64,000 nt of DNA. It comes from Gonapodya sp. JEL0774 (taxonomy: Eukaryota). Numbering within the stretch: position 1 is the stretch's first letter; every line of letters begins with the position of its first letter. Location: NCBI GenBank assembly GCA_027604505.1, contig JADIIX010000075.1, positions 1 through 64,000 of the forward strand, given 5' to 3'. Below the pieces are notes generated by a model, which did not search any database, was not told the DNA's origin, and worked only from the letters and a program-made list of their open reading frames with translations. This document shows positions 61,876 through 64,000 of this stretch, piece after piece. Position numbers and translations under genes: made by a program.

Positions 61876-62474
61876 GGAAGGGATTGAGAGAGCGTGTGGT
61901 TTCGTTCTCCGGTTTCGAGCTCACCAACGCAGGCGCATTGTTCAAGATGAGCGACTGCATGATCGGCGAATCTATGCCCTTTCTAGGTCTAGTTTGTAGC
62001 TTTGCGGAGGCGAAAGATGAAAAGAATTTAATCAAGCTTCCATATTATTGTTGTTGCACCGTCCATCGGTAAATAAACAGCCGACAAAAATCGCCCCAGA
62101 CCGGCGGAGGTGTTGTTGCATAAAGCCAATTAAATTGTAAGAACACAATTGCCTCACAAAGATACACGTACAAGCACAAAGCATCTATGAAACATCAAGT
62201 CTTATGCCTGTCCATACTTCACGGGGCCTTTCACGATGTACGAAACACAATGCTCACTAAAGAAGAACGAACCGAAGAGAATTGAGCTCGATTGAGTTCT
62301 GAGGCTTAATTCAACCACCTCTTTGGGATATTTTCCAGGACAAGCCTGTGCTTGAGGTGATGTTTGGTTGGGATACGCCGGCGCCGGCTTTCACTGTCAT
62401 CTTCGCAGTTGATCGCCGTCTTCGCAAATATACACACATTTGAGGGATCTTTGATTTGACCAAACAGATGAATC

Positions 62475-63833
62475 ATGGACTCCAACAGAGTCGATGCAAT
62501 TTTCGCTGTTCTGGAAAGGGCACGGGAACGATGGCGGGAGCAAATGAGAGAGGTTCGTTTCTGGATGTAGAATGCAGTTCCGGACAAAGGCTTTAAGTCC
62601 GAAATCAAACCTGTTCCGGGGCTTTCACGAAACAGCAAATAGCAGAGCATCATGCAAAAAGCGTAGCGAAACTGGCCAAGCTGGAGCGACGACGATGCCG
62701 ACGAGCTGGAAATGGAGCCATCGTTCACGATCCCACACAGACGCTCGCCCCAAACCCCACCATCCAGGCCTCTCCAGCACGCCATGATGGCTCTCCAGAT
62801 CGCTCGCTTCGGGGGCTGGCGTTTGATCGGACTGAATCATCCCTGTCGACGGTACCACTCCACCCCACCACCCGTCCACCAGCTATACCAACCGTCATCA
62901 ACCACACCGCAGCCTACAAAGTGATCGAAGCAGCTTACATCAAGCACCGGCGACGCAAAAAACCAACTCGAAAACCCCCATGGACTCCTCCACTCCATTG
63001 TGTTCCCAAAACCAACTCGATGGTGTTTGGCGGTGCCGATCGCGTTGCTCAGAGGGCCGCTGAGCAAGAAAGGACTAGAACCGAAAATATTGATCACGCC
63101 ACATTTTTGAGATCGTTGAGACGAGTAAGACCGTCCAAGGCTCTAGAAGAGGCCAGAGTTGCTGCGGGTGCGGGTTTGTCAGGGGAGCTCCAGGCTGTGA
63201 AGGTGAATTTGCAGCGCAGCTTTGCCTCTTGTAATCATGATTCCCAGTGTCTTTCACAAACTGGGACTTGCGACCGCTTGCCCTTTGAACTTACAGATCC
63301 GCACCGCCAGTACCGCCCAAATCCTCTCCCGCAACCGTGATATGTGCCGTCGCATGATGGGCTCGGTCGGCATAAGTCTGGATGACGACAATTTTGGTGA
63401 AAACGAAGGCGAGAGTGACGAGGGGTGTTCGGACGATGATGATGAGCGAGAAACTAACGTCACGGAGGTTGAAGAATCGAGGACCCTCATCATCCCGTCC
63501 ACTAGCTGTGAGACGCCCATTGTCCCCTTCAAATCATTCTCATGCTCTCCCGCTTCTCCTCCTCCTCGGACACCACACTGCTCATCTACCCCACCACGCC
63601 CTCCATGTGTCCTTCCACCTCTCCCCACCTCGCCCTCGACTCCTCTGATTCCCAACTCAGCAAGCACGATTGTCACCCACCCTACTCCTATTTCGACCCC
63701 GGCCGCGACGGGGAACCTCAAAGAACACCTCACCTTCACCACAATGCTGTCCTCGGAATCTCCGAAGTTCGTGTTACCCGCTCCGATCGGCATCGCAAGC
63801 AGTCGCTGGCGCGTGGATGCAGCGATAGCGTGA
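62475..63833 (+). CDS. Hypothetical protein, three exons, with an IQ-like segment and acidic and Pro-rich tracts
   Basis: 'MDSNRVDAIFAVLERARERWREQMRE|QIAEHHAK...' runs open into ORF 62921 ('AYKVIEAAYIKHRRRKK') and splices to ORF 63222-63833. Confidence 0.55.
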
Positions 63834-64000
63834 AAGGGCAATGAGAAGTGAGCGTGGCTGGGCGGGGAAGGAGAGACGGCTGGGGACTTAGCAATGTTAG
63901 CAGGAGGTAATGGGATAATTCATGTTGATAAATATGATCGATCATAAGCGCCAAATCTAGACCTTGGGACATCCACCATTGATCGAAGAGGAAACGTTGG

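Noticed and set aside
63254..63841. 195-aa minus-strand ORF
   Set aside because: Antisense to a Pro/Ser-rich plus-strand exon.

Overview
Intron-rich eukaryotic DNA of roughly 50% GC, from a fungus. A Zn2Cys6 transcription factor, dense short GT-AG introns and divergent proteins suggest an early-diverging (chytrid-like, possibly Monoblepharidomycete) species; this is inference. About 20 spliced genes can be reconstructed by hand: a PX-domain protein, an RluA-family pseudouridine synthase, an SCP2-type thiolase, a giant low-complexity protein, ZADH2/PTGR3, PRP4, a Sel1-repeat protein, PDX3, an HSL-family hydrolase, an ankyrin-SH3 protein, mitochondrial IF3, C2H2 and Zn2Cys6 transcription factors, Nup2/Nup50, RPC40, a histidine acid phosphatase, FAT1 and several hypotheticals. 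Features not visible in the ORF track: (1) a 524-bp non-autonomous DNA transposon with perfect 36-bp TIRs next to an assembly gap; (2) a 4-nt micro-exon inside the FAT1 ATP-binding motif, plus 10- and 17-nt exons; (3) frequent AAG 3' splice sites; (4) a small spliced repeat-protein gene with an in-frame TGA and a weak SECIS-like hairpin downstream; (5) a triple-frameshifted NIF/FCP1-like pseudogene fused through a 9-bp duplication to a headless thioesterase; (6) a possible hidden cassette exon in the RPC40 intron. I found no clear multi-gene novel system. All gene models were spliced by eye and no database searches were run.
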